Source of the DNA: a virus
Taxonomy: Duplodnaviria; Caudoviricetes
Reading direction: 5' to 3' (one strand)
Virus record (IMG/VR): IMGVR_UViG_3300032007_000010
Length of the DNA stretch: 64,000 bases
The first letter of the stretch is position 1; each line of letters begins with the position of its first letter. Both the position numbers and the translations under genes were made by a program. The notes below the pieces were generated by a model, which worked only from the letters and a program-made list of their open reading frames with translations, was not told the DNA's origin and made no database searches. Below, piece after piece: positions 46,742 to 56,043 of this stretch.

Positions 46742-49108
46742 ATGGCGCGCATATATACTGCCGATCAAATAGAGGTAATAGAGTCGGATCGCCTTCGCGT
46801 ACGCTCCTCTCCGAGCATGTACGTCCCCGACATCTATCTGGCCGGCTACTATCATTTGCTATGGGAGCTCATCTCAAACTCCATCGATGAGCTCATGGCA
46901 CCGGACAGCACATCGCGCTCGGTGACCGTCTATTTTGACAAGAAGACCCACACCTTCGGCGTGGACGACGACGGTGCGGGAATACCGCTCGAGAAGCTCA
47001 GGGACGTGCTCACCAAGCTGGCCGCATCCGGCAAGTTTCACAACGGAGACGGTGGTGCATATCTCACATCCGGCGGACGCTGGGGACATGGTCTCAAGGC
47101 CTGTGTCTTTCTGGCAAAGAACGCCACCTTTAGCAGTTTCAGGGATGGAAAGTACATCACCTACACCATCAAGGATGGCGAGATCGTGGACGAGAAACAT
47201 GGCAAGAGTGACCAGCATGGTACATCCTGCCGCTTTGACATAGATCCGGCCATCATCAACCACAGCGATGCGGATGTGAAGGAGATCGAGGAACGTCTCC
47301 AGCTCACATCCTACATATATCCCGATCTCAAGATCAAGCTCATCGTGCTCGAGAACGGCAAAGAGGTCGAAAAGATCAAGTATGGCGGCAAGGATATTGT
47401 TGACAAGGTCAAGAAATGGAAACCGGACACTCCAATCCTTAGAATCACCAAGGACCAAAAGGTTACCTACCTCAAGACCATCACCGACGACGATCTCACC
47501 ACCGAGACGGTATATATCGACCTGGCTTTCGCCTACTCCGAGGCATCGCTGGACAAGGAAGCCAATAGCACCATACTCACTATCTGCAATGGTATCAATA
47601 CCTATCTGATGGGAACACACTGGGATGGTCTGAAGCTCGGTATTCAGAAATTTTTCAAGGAAAACGTGATTCCCAAGTTCAAGGGAAAGGACAAGGACCT
47701 CAACATCCTTCCGAGCGATATGACCACCGGTATTGCTGCATTCATCACTGTTCGTGTGGTAGATCCGATCTTCACCGGACAGGAAAAGGCCATGCTCATG
47801 AACCAGGAAGTTAAAACCGCGGTCAGGGATGCCGTCTATGAGTATCTCTGCAATGCTAAATCCTCGGAGATAAACTCCATGGTAGATTTTGTGAAGCGTG
47901 TCACCCGTGGGCGCATCTCTTCCAAGAAAACTCGCAAGAAGGATGTATCCAACGCCTTTTCAAAGGACGCGCTCGACAAATTCTACGACATCACCTACAA
48001 TCTTAAGACCGAGGCTCCCGAGCTTCTGCTGGTGGAGGGTGATTCGGCACTGGACAATGCGGCGCTGGCTCGTGATCAGTATAATCAGGCACTGTATCCA
48101 ATCAAGAGACCAAAGAACGTTTTCGATATGGATGCTGCGGTGGTCAACCGAATGAAGACCACCTTTAATGATGTGCTGGATATCTGCGGCATTTCCGCCG
48201 GCAAAGATTGTGATCCTGGCAAGTCACTCATGACCAGAATTCTCGTGCTCACTGATGGTGATGTGGACGGCGATGATATCTGCATCGGCGTGGTCTGTCT
48301 GCTCTGGAAACATTGCAGACCCATGATCGATGCTGGAATGGTTGGACGCATTTTGCCACCGGCCTATGCAATTCCAATCGGAAAAGATCGCTACGAGTTC
48401 GTACGTTCCCAGCGCGAGTTCTTTGGTCAGATTGTGAAAAAGTTTATCAAGAAGCACACAGTCTTCTATCTTGGCAAAGAGCTTAAGGGTAAGGATCTTC
48501 GTCAGTTTATTGAGATCAACTTCGAATATGACACAACCCTCGAAGCATTAGCCAACCGCTACTGCTGTGACCCCAAGGTGATGGAATACATCGCCTGGAA
48601 CTATCATGGTGATTGGAAGGATCAGAAGAAATCCAACTGGCAGAAAATCATGCGGCGCTACTCTGGTATTCGCGTGCTCGAGGAGAATGGAACGCTTGTG
48701 CTCGATGGCGATATCCCCGGCGCAGACTATATGAATCTGGCCCTGGACAAGCACTTCCATAAGCATGTGAATCGTTTCAAGGAACACCAGAAACAGAACG
48801 GTTCGCTCGGCGGTTACACCATCGACGGCGAGAAGGAGAAGACGCTCTACGATGTGATGCACACCGTACGTGACGAAATCCCCAAGTCTGTGCGGAGATT
48901 CAAGGGACTCGGTGAGCTCGATCCGGATGAAATCAGAGATCTCTGCCTCGATCGCGAGAAACGTACCGTGGTCGTTTTCAAGTCCGATGACTTCGAAAAG
49001 GATGAGGATAAGATCAATGTCATGCTCTCATCTAAGAAGGAGTGGGCAGATGCTCGCAAGGACCTAGTATTCAAAAGCGAACTAAGCCTGATTGATCTAG
49101 ACACATAG
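46742..49108 (+). CDS. Type IIA topoisomerase B subunit (GyrB/ParE-like)
   Basis: E.ISNSIDE, DDGAGIP, SGKF, EGDSA, TDGDVDG, RFKGLGE. Confidence 0.93.
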   Translation: MARIYTADQIEVIESDRLRVRSSPSMYVPDIYLAGYYHLLWELISNSIDELMAPDSTSRSVTVYFDKKTHTFGVDDDGAGIPLEKLRDVLTKLAASGKFHNGDGGAYLTSGGRWGHGLKACVFLAKNATFSSFRDGKYITYTIKDGEIVDEKHGKSDQHGTSCRFDIDPAIINHSDADVKEIEERLQLTSYIYPDLKIKLIVLENGKEVEKIKYGGKDIVDKVKKWKPDTPILRITKDQKVTYLKTITDDDLTTETVYIDLAFAYSEASLDKEANSTILTICNGINTYLMGTHWDGLKLGIQKFFKENVIPKFKGKDKDLNILPSDMTTGIAAFITVRVVDPIFTGQEKAMLMNQEVKTAVRDAVYEYLCNAKSSEINSMVDFVKRVTRGRISSKKTRKKDVSNAFSKDALDKFYDITYNLKTEAPELLLVEGDSALDNAALARDQYNQALYPIKRPKNVFDMDAAVVNRMKTTFNDVLDICGISAGKDCDPGKSLMTRILVLTDGDVDGDDICIGVVCLLWKHCRPMIDAGMVGRILPPAYAIPIGKDRYEFVRSQREFFGQIVKKFIKKHTVFYLGKELKGKDLRQFIEINFEYDTTLEALANRYCCDPKVMEYIAWNYHGDWKDQKKSNWQKIMRRYSGIRVLEENGTLVLDGDIPGADYMNLALDKHFHKHVNRFKEHQKQNGSLGGYTIDGEKEKTLYDVMHTVRDEIPKSVRRFKGLGELDPDEIRDLCLDREKRTVVVFKSDDFEKDEDKINVMLSSKKEWADARKDLVFKSELSLIDLDT

Positions 49109-49132
49109 GGAATCAAAAGGAGGTATATCATC

Positions 49133-49507
49133 ATGGTACCAGTTGAAATTGCAGCGTCTTCCAAGGTGCCTGGCAAGGGACTCATGTCCGTCACACTTCG
49201 GCTCAGGGATCCCGAAGACATCAAGATATACAAAGCTTTCCTCAAGGATGAGCCTGGCCTTGCCAGGTGCCCGTTCTGTGACAATGCTAACAATGTCGCT
49301 GAGGATGATCTTCGGATGGAGATCAGCAACCCGCTGGCAAACTCCTTCCTCAAGATGGCGAGAGCCATCGTTGTCTGTGATCACTGCGGCAAGGAGATTC
49401 CGATGGTCTCGATGATGGACTACAGCGCCTTTAGGAGCGTCGATACCTTCATCAAGCAGCTCAAGGCGCGCAATAATCAGATTAAGAAGGAAAAGCAGGG
49501 AGGCTGA
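49133..49507 (+). CDS. Zinc-ribbon protein
   Basis: CPFC...CDHC; between the topoisomerase subunits. Confidence 0.65.
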   Translation: MVPVEIAASSKVPGKGLMSVTLRLRDPEDIKIYKAFLKDEPGLARCPFCDNANNVAEDDLRMEISNPLANSFLKMARAIVVCDHCGKEIPMVSMMDYSAFRSVDTFIKQLKARNNQIKKEKQGG

Positions 49508-49508
49508 C

Positions 49509-52151
49509 ATGCCAAAGAAGGAAACGGTCAAGAAACCTGATTCCGAACCCAAGAAAACCAAAAAGGGTCGGGACGAAGAAGGTTTTATTGTGCTTAGACC
49601 AATCCCCGGAGGCCAGTTTGACCTCTACATGAAGAAATCCAAGCACAGGAAAACCAAAAAAGAAACCAAGATTCCAAAGAATTCCAACAAATTGCTCGAA
49701 CAGATCGACAAGAAGGAGCTCTTTGATGAGGCCTATGGCATGGACACGGAGAATATGACCGAGGTTCAGCTTGGTAAATATGTGCTCGAGAAAGGTCTCA
49801 ACTATGCGCTGAACGTGAACATCGGTCGTCAGATTCCGCGCATCGAGGATGGGCTCAAACCCGTCGAGCGCCGAATCCTCTACACCATGTATCTCAACAA
49901 AAACTACAATGGTAACGCCGACAAGGTGGCCACCGTGGCGGGCAGTGTCATCGCACACTTCCATCCTCATGGCGATCTGTCGCTCTATGATACCATCTAC
50001 CGACTGGGTCGTCGCTACGCAATGCAGATTCCATACATACGTGCCCATGGTAACTATGGTTCCATGACCGATGCTAAGCCGGCGGCACCGAGGTATGCAT
50101 CCGCATCACTCATGCCATATTCCATGGACTGTTTCTTCAGTGAGATGGGAGCCCGCTATCCGATATTTGAGGTTACGGATAACTACCACTACTCGGAGAA
50201 GGAACCGATCTATCTCACCAGTAGATATCCGAATATTCTCATGCAGTGGAACCAGGGAATTGGCAAGGGTGCAGCGGCCTGGCTCGGAGCGTTCAATTCA
50301 AAGGATGTCTTCGACGCCACGCTCAAGCTCATGGATGATCCAAACGCGAAGATCAATATCTATCCAGATGTACAGATGCCGGTGGACATCATCAACAAGA
50401 AGGAGCTCAAGGGCTGCTTTGATATGAAGAAGTTCTCGGTGAAGATGCGCGCCCAGTATAAAATCGTGGCCGACAAGAAGCGCGATGCCAATGGCAAGGT
50501 GATCGACAAGTTCTGCATTGTCTTCACTTCTCTACCAATCAATGTCATCGGTAAGACGGTCAAGAAAGAGATCCAACAGATCAAAGAAGACGATGCCAAG
50601 CTTCCTAGTGGCGAGAAGAAACTGCCAGAGGTAATCAACATCGAGATGGATCCGAATGCCAATACCCTTGGTGGCATCGAGTTCACGATCGAGTACGAGA
50701 AGGGCTACGATCCCATTGCTCTGGCCGAAAAGCTCTTCCGCATGACAAGCCTGGCAGTCACTGCCGGTGTACAGTACACGCTTGTGGTGGACAATAAGCT
50801 TGAGACCTTCACACCGAGACAGGTGCTCAACTACTGGATTGACCAGCGCTATGACCAGAAACGTCGCTTCTACCACCAGATGGCGCTCAAATGCGCGAAG
50901 GATCGGGCGATCCTCGAAGCCAAGTGCACACTCCTCGAGGCCAATGCCATTGACAAGGCCATCAAGATCATTCGTGCTTCCGCAAATGATGATGACGCGA
51001 TCGGGGAGCTTATGAAGGTCTTCGGGTTCACCCAATTCCAAGCATACTGGGTCCTTCGCATTGAGCTCAGAACGCTCAACCATGCGAACATTAGAGATCT
51101 TCGTGAACAACGCGACCGCACCATTGCTGACTACAAACGCTACCGCAAACTCCTCTCTGATGAAACCGCCATCAAGGATGCAGTGCGTGACGATCTCATT
51201 GAGGGTCGAAAGAAGTATGCGAAGGATCGCATTGCACCGATCTTCGATCTCGGAGACCTCAGTTCCCAGGCTGACCCCGACGAGGAAAAGACCATCTACT
51301 GGAATAGTACCACCTTCTATTCGGTGCAGTCTGATACGGATCGCAAGGCCATCCGAGGCCAGCTCGACAAGTCCATGCATGGTCTCCACATCAAGAATTC
51401 TGATCGTATTCTGGTGATCAGCACACGAGGGGAGCCCAAGGTTCTGGATGGATTTGCCTTCGGAAGCACAACCGCCGGCATCAACTTCTCGCAGGTTGCG
51501 CATCTGGAGGTCGCCGCGTTGATCAAACTCGACAAAAACATCGATGCGCTTGCGATGGTTACCGGTGCTGGGTTTGGCAAGATTGTTCCCATGGCGGACA
51601 TCATTTCGAACATCAAGAGTCGCATGATCAACCTGAACGATGGAGACAAGCTCGTCGCGGCGATCCCGCTGACCAAGAAAGCCAATGGAATGATTTGCAT
51701 GATTCATGGCGAAGAACTGCACTGCGCCAGAGTGAGCGACTTCCCGGTGCTCAAACGTTCCGCCGCCGGCAATCGCATCGCAAAGGTTGACAATGGGTAC
51801 TTCACGGGTGCATGCCATGTTCCCGAGGCGGACAACCTGGTCTACTACGGAGAGTTTGGCTATGCCAAGGTGATACCGACAACCATCATGAAATTCCCGA
51901 AATCCAAGAAGTGCTGTGTACTCAAGCTTGGAAAGGATGTGTTCGGTGCTCTTCCGCTTTCGAACAATGGTGGCATGCTCAACTATGACGATGAGCTCGG
52001 AACCGAGGAGGTAAAACTTGCGGTGGATAAGATGGTGCATCTCATCTCCGGCAAGAACGAGACCAAGTTCCGCATCGGAACCTCCATAAGCTCAGCAGTC
52101 AAGCTCTTCAAGATTGGGCGCAATGAATTCTACCAGCTCTCGATCAAGTGA
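49509..52151 (+). CDS. Type IIA topoisomerase A subunit (GyrA/ParC-like) with C-terminal beta-pinwheel-like region
   Basis: DGLKPVERRIL, HPHGD, GNYGS, AAPRY catalytic Tyr. Confidence 0.93.
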   Translation: MPKKETVKKPDSEPKKTKKGRDEEGFIVLRPIPGGQFDLYMKKSKHRKTKKETKIPKNSNKLLEQIDKKELFDEAYGMDTENMTEVQLGKYVLEKGLNYALNVNIGRQIPRIEDGLKPVERRILYTMYLNKNYNGNADKVATVAGSVIAHFHPHGDLSLYDTIYRLGRRYAMQIPYIRAHGNYGSMTDAKPAAPRYASASLMPYSMDCFFSEMGARYPIFEVTDNYHYSEKEPIYLTSRYPNILMQWNQGIGKGAAAWLGAFNSKDVFDATLKLMDDPNAKINIYPDVQMPVDIINKKELKGCFDMKKFSVKMRAQYKIVADKKRDANGKVIDKFCIVFTSLPINVIGKTVKKEIQQIKEDDAKLPSGEKKLPEVINIEMDPNANTLGGIEFTIEYEKGYDPIALAEKLFRMTSLAVTAGVQYTLVVDNKLETFTPRQVLNYWIDQRYDQKRRFYHQMALKCAKDRAILEAKCTLLEANAIDKAIKIIRASANDDDAIGELMKVFGFTQFQAYWVLRIELRTLNHANIRDLREQRDRTIADYKRYRKLLSDETAIKDAVRDDLIEGRKKYAKDRIAPIFDLGDLSSQADPDEEKTIYWNSTTFYSVQSDTDRKAIRGQLDKSMHGLHIKNSDRILVISTRGEPKVLDGFAFGSTTAGINFSQVAHLEVAALIKLDKNIDALAMVTGAGFGKIVPMADIISNIKSRMINLNDGDKLVAAIPLTKKANGMICMIHGEELHCARVSDFPVLKRSAAGNRIAKVDNGYFTGACHVPEADNLVYYGEFGYAKVIPTTIMKFPKSKKCCVLKLGKDVFGALPLSNNGGMLNYDDELGTEEVKLAVDKMVHLISGKNETKFRIGTSISSAVKLFKIGRNEFYQLSIK

Positions 52152-52211
52152 TCCGAAAGAAACGATTCCGTCGCAGGGATCGTTTCTTTTTCCTATGATG
52201 GATGAAGGGAG

Positions 52212-52868
52212 GTGATCGTCATAGAAAATGAAAAGAGGCACGTGAGCAATCGTTCACTGCTCGGAGGCAGCATCTATGCCGGCGCAGCCATCGGTCTCGG
52301 TGCCATCGCCAACATTCTCGTGGGTGGACTTTTCGGAGCATTCATATTCACCATAGGTATCATCATCGTGTGCTATTTCAACCTCGATCTATACACCGGA
52401 AGGATATGCTACCCGAGGCGCTACTCCATCTCCAACTACATCATGATATACTGCTGCAACTTCGTTGGCGCGGCGGCCACGGCCGGTCTGATTCGTTGCA
52501 CGAAGCATGGACGTCAGATCATGCTGGCCGCCACCGAGATCATGCTCCACAAGACCGAAGATCTATGGATCAGCCTCTGCATCCTTGGGTTTTTCTGCAA
52601 CTGCTGCATATTTATCGCCGTCGAAGTGTTCAGAACCCATGTTGGCGTCGAGCGTGTTGTGATCATCATCCTTGCGATCATGGTCTTTGTGCTCTGTGGC
52701 TTCGAACATTCCATCGCAAACTTTGCATATCTGATCATGTCGAACGAAGAGGCGCTAGATTTCTGGAAGGTGATAAAGGTGATCATCTGTGTCACCGTCG
52801 GCAATACCATCGGAGGTCTAACCATGTCGCTGGGCATAAGCGGATATCACCATCACACCTATCGCTGA
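52212..52868 (+). CDS. Formate/nitrite transporter (FNT) family channel
   Basis: Six hydrophobic segments; LYTG, N.VG, CN..I, GFEHSIAN, GN.IGG. Confidence 0.88.
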   Translation: MIVIENEKRHVSNRSLLGGSIYAGAAIGLGAIANILVGGLFGAFIFTIGIIIVCYFNLDLYTGRICYPRRYSISNYIMIYCCNFVGAAATAGLIRCTKHGRQIMLAATEIMLHKTEDLWISLCILGFFCNCCIFIAVEVFRTHVGVERVVIIILAIMVFVLCGFEHSIANFAYLIMSNEEALDFWKVIKVIICVTVGNTIGGLTMSLGISGYHHHTYR

Positions 52869-52892
52869 TCCGACCATATTCGAAGCTTGAAC

Positions 52893-52903
52893 TATATACT
52901 ATA
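52893..52903 (+). promoter_or_regulatory. Early-type promoter motif TATATACTATA enclosed by inverted repeat TTCGAAGCT/AGCTTCGAA
   Basis: Exact motif. Confidence 0.6.
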
Positions 52904-52923
52904 GCTTCGAAAGGAGGGTCAAT

Positions 52924-53316
52924 GTGATGATAGATAGCTACCGATTGGATGAGGTTAGATATAGTCGCGAAGACAGGAAACACCTTGCCACCTTTGTGAC
53001 ACTCGATGGTTGCGAACTTGGTCTCGATATCCAGTGGGAACTTCGAGGTCTGCGCTTCACCATATTTCGGAAACATAAGCGCGACAAGCTTGCGACAACC
53101 AGGTGGATCAGCTTTGCGTCTAGTCAGGAAACGATGTACAACACACTCTACGAATTGGTACTAGACTATTATCGGGAGCACGGGAAGACACTCGAAGACA
53201 ATGGGTTGCCAACCTTCACACGCATAGAGCTTCGGGTCCCGATCTCCCATCTTCATTTTCATATCAACGCGGGAACATTGAGCGATCTCCTGCAGAAGGA
53301 GATAATCTACAACTAG
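52924..53316 (+). CDS. Hypothetical protein
   Basis: AAAGGAGG RBS. Confidence 0.55.
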   Translation: MMIDSYRLDEVRYSREDRKHLATFVTLDGCELGLDIQWELRGLRFTIFRKHKRDKLATTRWISFASSQETMYNTLYELVLDYYREHGKTLEDNGLPTFTRIELRVPISHLHFHINAGTLSDLLQKEIIYN

Positions 53317-53337
53317 GTTCAAGGAGGCCTGGATTAA

Positions 53338-53523
53338 ATGTCTTTCAAAGTTAGAGTCCCTGGCCCGACCAACTACAAGGCGCAGCGTGACTTTTGCAAG
53401 GCCAATGGGATCAAGTACAATCCCTCGAAATACGCAACTGCGCTCAAGGGTTTTGATATTCCCAATGGAGGGCTCCTCGATGCGGCACGCATACCGGTGC
53501 TGAGAGCATTTATGAAGGGCTGA
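53338..53523 (+). CDS. Small basic hypothetical protein
   Basis: AAGGAGG RBS. Confidence 0.55.
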   Translation: MSFKVRVPGPTNYKAQRDFCKANGIKYNPSKYATALKGFDIPNGGLLDAARIPVLRAFMKG

Positions 53524-53717
53524 GCTGATACTTTCTCGCTCGAGAGGAGGTTGATTCGTGGGTGACATGGACCACTCCACCATTGGAGTAGGGTTCTTTG
53601 GCTGAACACGAAGGCATCATTTGATTTGGAGGAAAGAAACGAGGACCACCCACCTTCTCGTTTCTTTTTGCCCGACGGTGCACCAGTCTGGTAGATGCCC
53701 CGAAGATTGCCGTCTCG

Positions 53718-53729
53718 AACATCCCTATA
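53718..53729 (+). promoter_or_regulatory. Late-type promoter AACA-TCCCTA-TA
   Basis: Motif match upstream of operon with RNAP fragment and spike genes. Confidence 0.6.
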
Positions 53730-53752
53730 ATGATAAATGAAACAACAAAGGG

Positions 53753-54913
53753 GTGATTCTAGTGATTAGGGATCATCTGGTTCCCCGCATCGAGGCGAAC
53801 CTGACAATGGCCCGTGCGACGGTGATCAACAAAGGCATCGTGCGCTATGTGGACAAGAACTCCGACATCCTCATGAAGATGAACTGGTCGGAGCGCTATT
53901 CCTTCGCAGACCAGGATCGTGCGCTCATCTATGATAACATCGGAATCGATGAACGTACTTTCCAGGAGGAGATTCGCGAATCGAAGCAGATCTACTCGGG
54001 CAACAAGATCCAATCAAATCCTTTCTACTGTTCGGTGATGCTCACCGCCCACGTGCTTCTCGAGCAGAAGAACGAGAAGCTTGCTCAGCTCATCATGACA
54101 TACATGTGCATGCAGATGTACACGTCTGCGCACAAAGGTTTCTTCAAATACGGCGTCAATGATAAGATCATGAACTACACCATCGCTCACCTGGACAATT
54201 CGTTCCGGGTGCGTTCGGTTCCGTCGCTCTTTGCCTGGATCGATGACAATGCCGAACAGACATTCAATGCATACAAGGATCGCATTGAACGCTGCGATGA
54301 TGCGGACATATCCTGGGTCGTCAATGCCATGTGGGATCGCATCAAGGGCAAACTTCGCAAGATAGCAAACCTCTATTACAAGAACCATGAGGCTGGCAAC
54401 TATCTCAACGAGGATGATGACCAGACCCAGGATTCCGAAAACTACCACGAGGCGGACAACAATTCCTACATGGTCGAGCGACTCGCCAATAAGGTCTATA
54501 TCAAGCTGCTTAACCATCAGTTCGACGAACGATTTTTCAAGTATGCGATCACGAGATCCGATACCTCGCTACAGAAGCTCAAGAATCTCACCTATGATAT
54601 CATCGATAGCGACAACGGTAATCTTCTGAAGTCGTATCTGATCTCGAACATCGAATACTTCCTCATCATGTCTGGGCGAGGGTTCGAATATATACCACGC
54701 GGAGAATACATCGCATACATGAAGGCGGCCTACGCCTCGAATACCGAACTCAAGCAGATGGTGAGCATCAAGGACCAGCTCGAAAAGTGGCTCACCGAGC
54801 ACATGACCGTGGTAGGACGCCAGAACTATGGTAAAACCGCACGGCTCGGCTACAAGAAGGCGCTCTACATGTTCTTCAACTTCATAATCAATCGTGAAGC
54901 AAAGCTCAGCTGA
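53753..54913 (+). CDS. Hypothetical protein, probably virion-associated
   Basis: 386 aa ORF directly after late motif. Confidence 0.6.
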   Translation: MILVIRDHLVPRIEANLTMARATVINKGIVRYVDKNSDILMKMNWSERYSFADQDRALIYDNIGIDERTFQEEIRESKQIYSGNKIQSNPFYCSVMLTAHVLLEQKNEKLAQLIMTYMCMQMYTSAHKGFFKYGVNDKIMNYTIAHLDNSFRVRSVPSLFAWIDDNAEQTFNAYKDRIERCDDADISWVVNAMWDRIKGKLRKIANLYYKNHEAGNYLNEDDDQTQDSENYHEADNNSYMVERLANKVYIKLLNHQFDERFFKYAITRSDTSLQKLKNLTYDIIDSDNGNLLKSYLISNIEYFLIMSGRGFEYIPRGEYIAYMKAAYASNTELKQMVSIKDQLEKWLTEHMTVVGRQNYGKTARLGYKKALYMFFNFIINREAKLS

Positions 54914-54928
54914 GGAGGTAATCACGCA

Positions 54929-55180
54929 ATGCCATCGTACACAGTTCTTGAACAATGCATCCTCGATGAGCTCGAACGTGCGTTGAGCGAATACTATTCC
55001 ATCGAACGCAATGATCATCGTGGCACAGACGACGAGCGGGCCAGCTTCGAGAAGGCCATCGCGGACGCCAAGGCCGTGGTGCATCGACGCGCCATTGCCA
55101 GAGAGGAGGCGAAATGTCAATGCATATCTACGAAAAACTCACCCCAGCCATCAGCGTTGTCCCAATCCCCAATTTCGTGA
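54929..55180 (+). CDS. Hypothetical protein
   Basis: GAGGAGG RBS. Confidence 0.5.
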   Translation: MPSYTVLEQCILDELERALSEYYSIERNDHRGTDDERASFEKAIADAKAVVHRRAIAREEAKCQCISTKNSPQPSALSQSPIS

Positions 55181-55284
55181 TACAGGAAGCTTCGATTCTT
55201 TTTGAGATGGAAGTTCAGGCAACTACCGAGATCATCGACCTCCCGCAGGCCATCGCCGGTAGAATGGAGGGAAGTGTTGTATGA
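55114..55284 (+). CDS. Small hypothetical protein (56 aa)
   Basis: Not in ORF track; GAGGAGG RBS; stop overlaps the ATG of the RNAP fragment (ATGA). Confidence 0.45.
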   Translation: MSMHIYEKLTPAISVVPIPNFVIQEASILFEMEVQATTEIIDLPQAIAGRMEGSVV

Positions 55285-56027
55285 GTGTCAGGGACGAACT
55301 CAACGAGGAACTCTTTGATTTCCTCGACGATATGGATCCATCGGGAAAGAACACCGAAAGGCTTCGCAGCTTTCTCATCGGCATGACCGATCAAGAATAC
55401 TACGAATACATGGACGACTTTCTTAACGACGATCGAAAGTATATCCAGGTTGCCTATGAGCCGTACAACAACCCGGTCAGCATCGAATTCATCGAGAAGA
55501 TTGCCAAGAAGCACCACATCATCTTTTATCATAAGGTTGCAAAGCCCTATGTGAATGGGAATCCGCAGAATCCAACGGTGACACCGCACGAGATCATGGT
55601 GATGTATCTGCCTATCAAACGCCTCAAGCAGATGGTTGCGACCAAGAGTCACACCTCGGTCACCAACACCAAGCGCGATGCGCGCACCGGACAGGTAACG
55701 GGATCCGACAAGACCGCCAGGGTAACCGATGTCGAGGGATACTCGCTCATCGTGCAGGAGCTCTACGCGAGTGCTCGTGAATCCTTTGGTCCCATGGCAG
55801 ACAACGAAGCGGCATTCTTTGAAATGCAGCGTCAGATCCAGAAGAACGGTGAGGTATCTCTCGCCGATCTTCCGAATGATCCGCTTTCGCAGAAAACCAC
55901 CAACACGGTCTTCTACCTCATGCTCGGATCCTGCATCTCCACAAATCTCATCGAAGATACCGGATATTTGCTACCCATCACGCTCAGATCACAGGAGCAG
56001 CATAGCAGCACCGTCGATCGCGAATGA
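55281..56027 (+). CDS. Phage multisubunit RNA polymerase beta subunit, C-terminal fragment (probably virion RNAP)
   Basis: YLPIKRLKQ...K...RD.RTGQVTG.DK..R..D.E resembles the RpoB C-terminal YxxKLxH...TQQP.GG...R.GEME region. Confidence 0.75.
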   Translation: MSVRDELNEELFDFLDDMDPSGKNTERLRSFLIGMTDQEYYEYMDDFLNDDRKYIQVAYEPYNNPVSIEFIEKIAKKHHIIFYHKVAKPYVNGNPQNPTVTPHEIMVMYLPIKRLKQMVATKSHTSVTNTKRDARTGQVTGSDKTARVTDVEGYSLIVQELYASARESFGPMADNEAAFFEMQRQIQKNGEVSLADLPNDPLSQKTTNTVFYLMLGSCISTNLIEDTGYLLPITLRSQEQHSSTVDRE

Positions 56028-56043
56028 AGGAGGATTCAGCCGT

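Noticed and set aside
37014-52151. Inteins or introns in helicases and topoisomerase
   Set aside because: Lengths are ordinary and no intein splice motifs or homing endonuclease ORFs were seen
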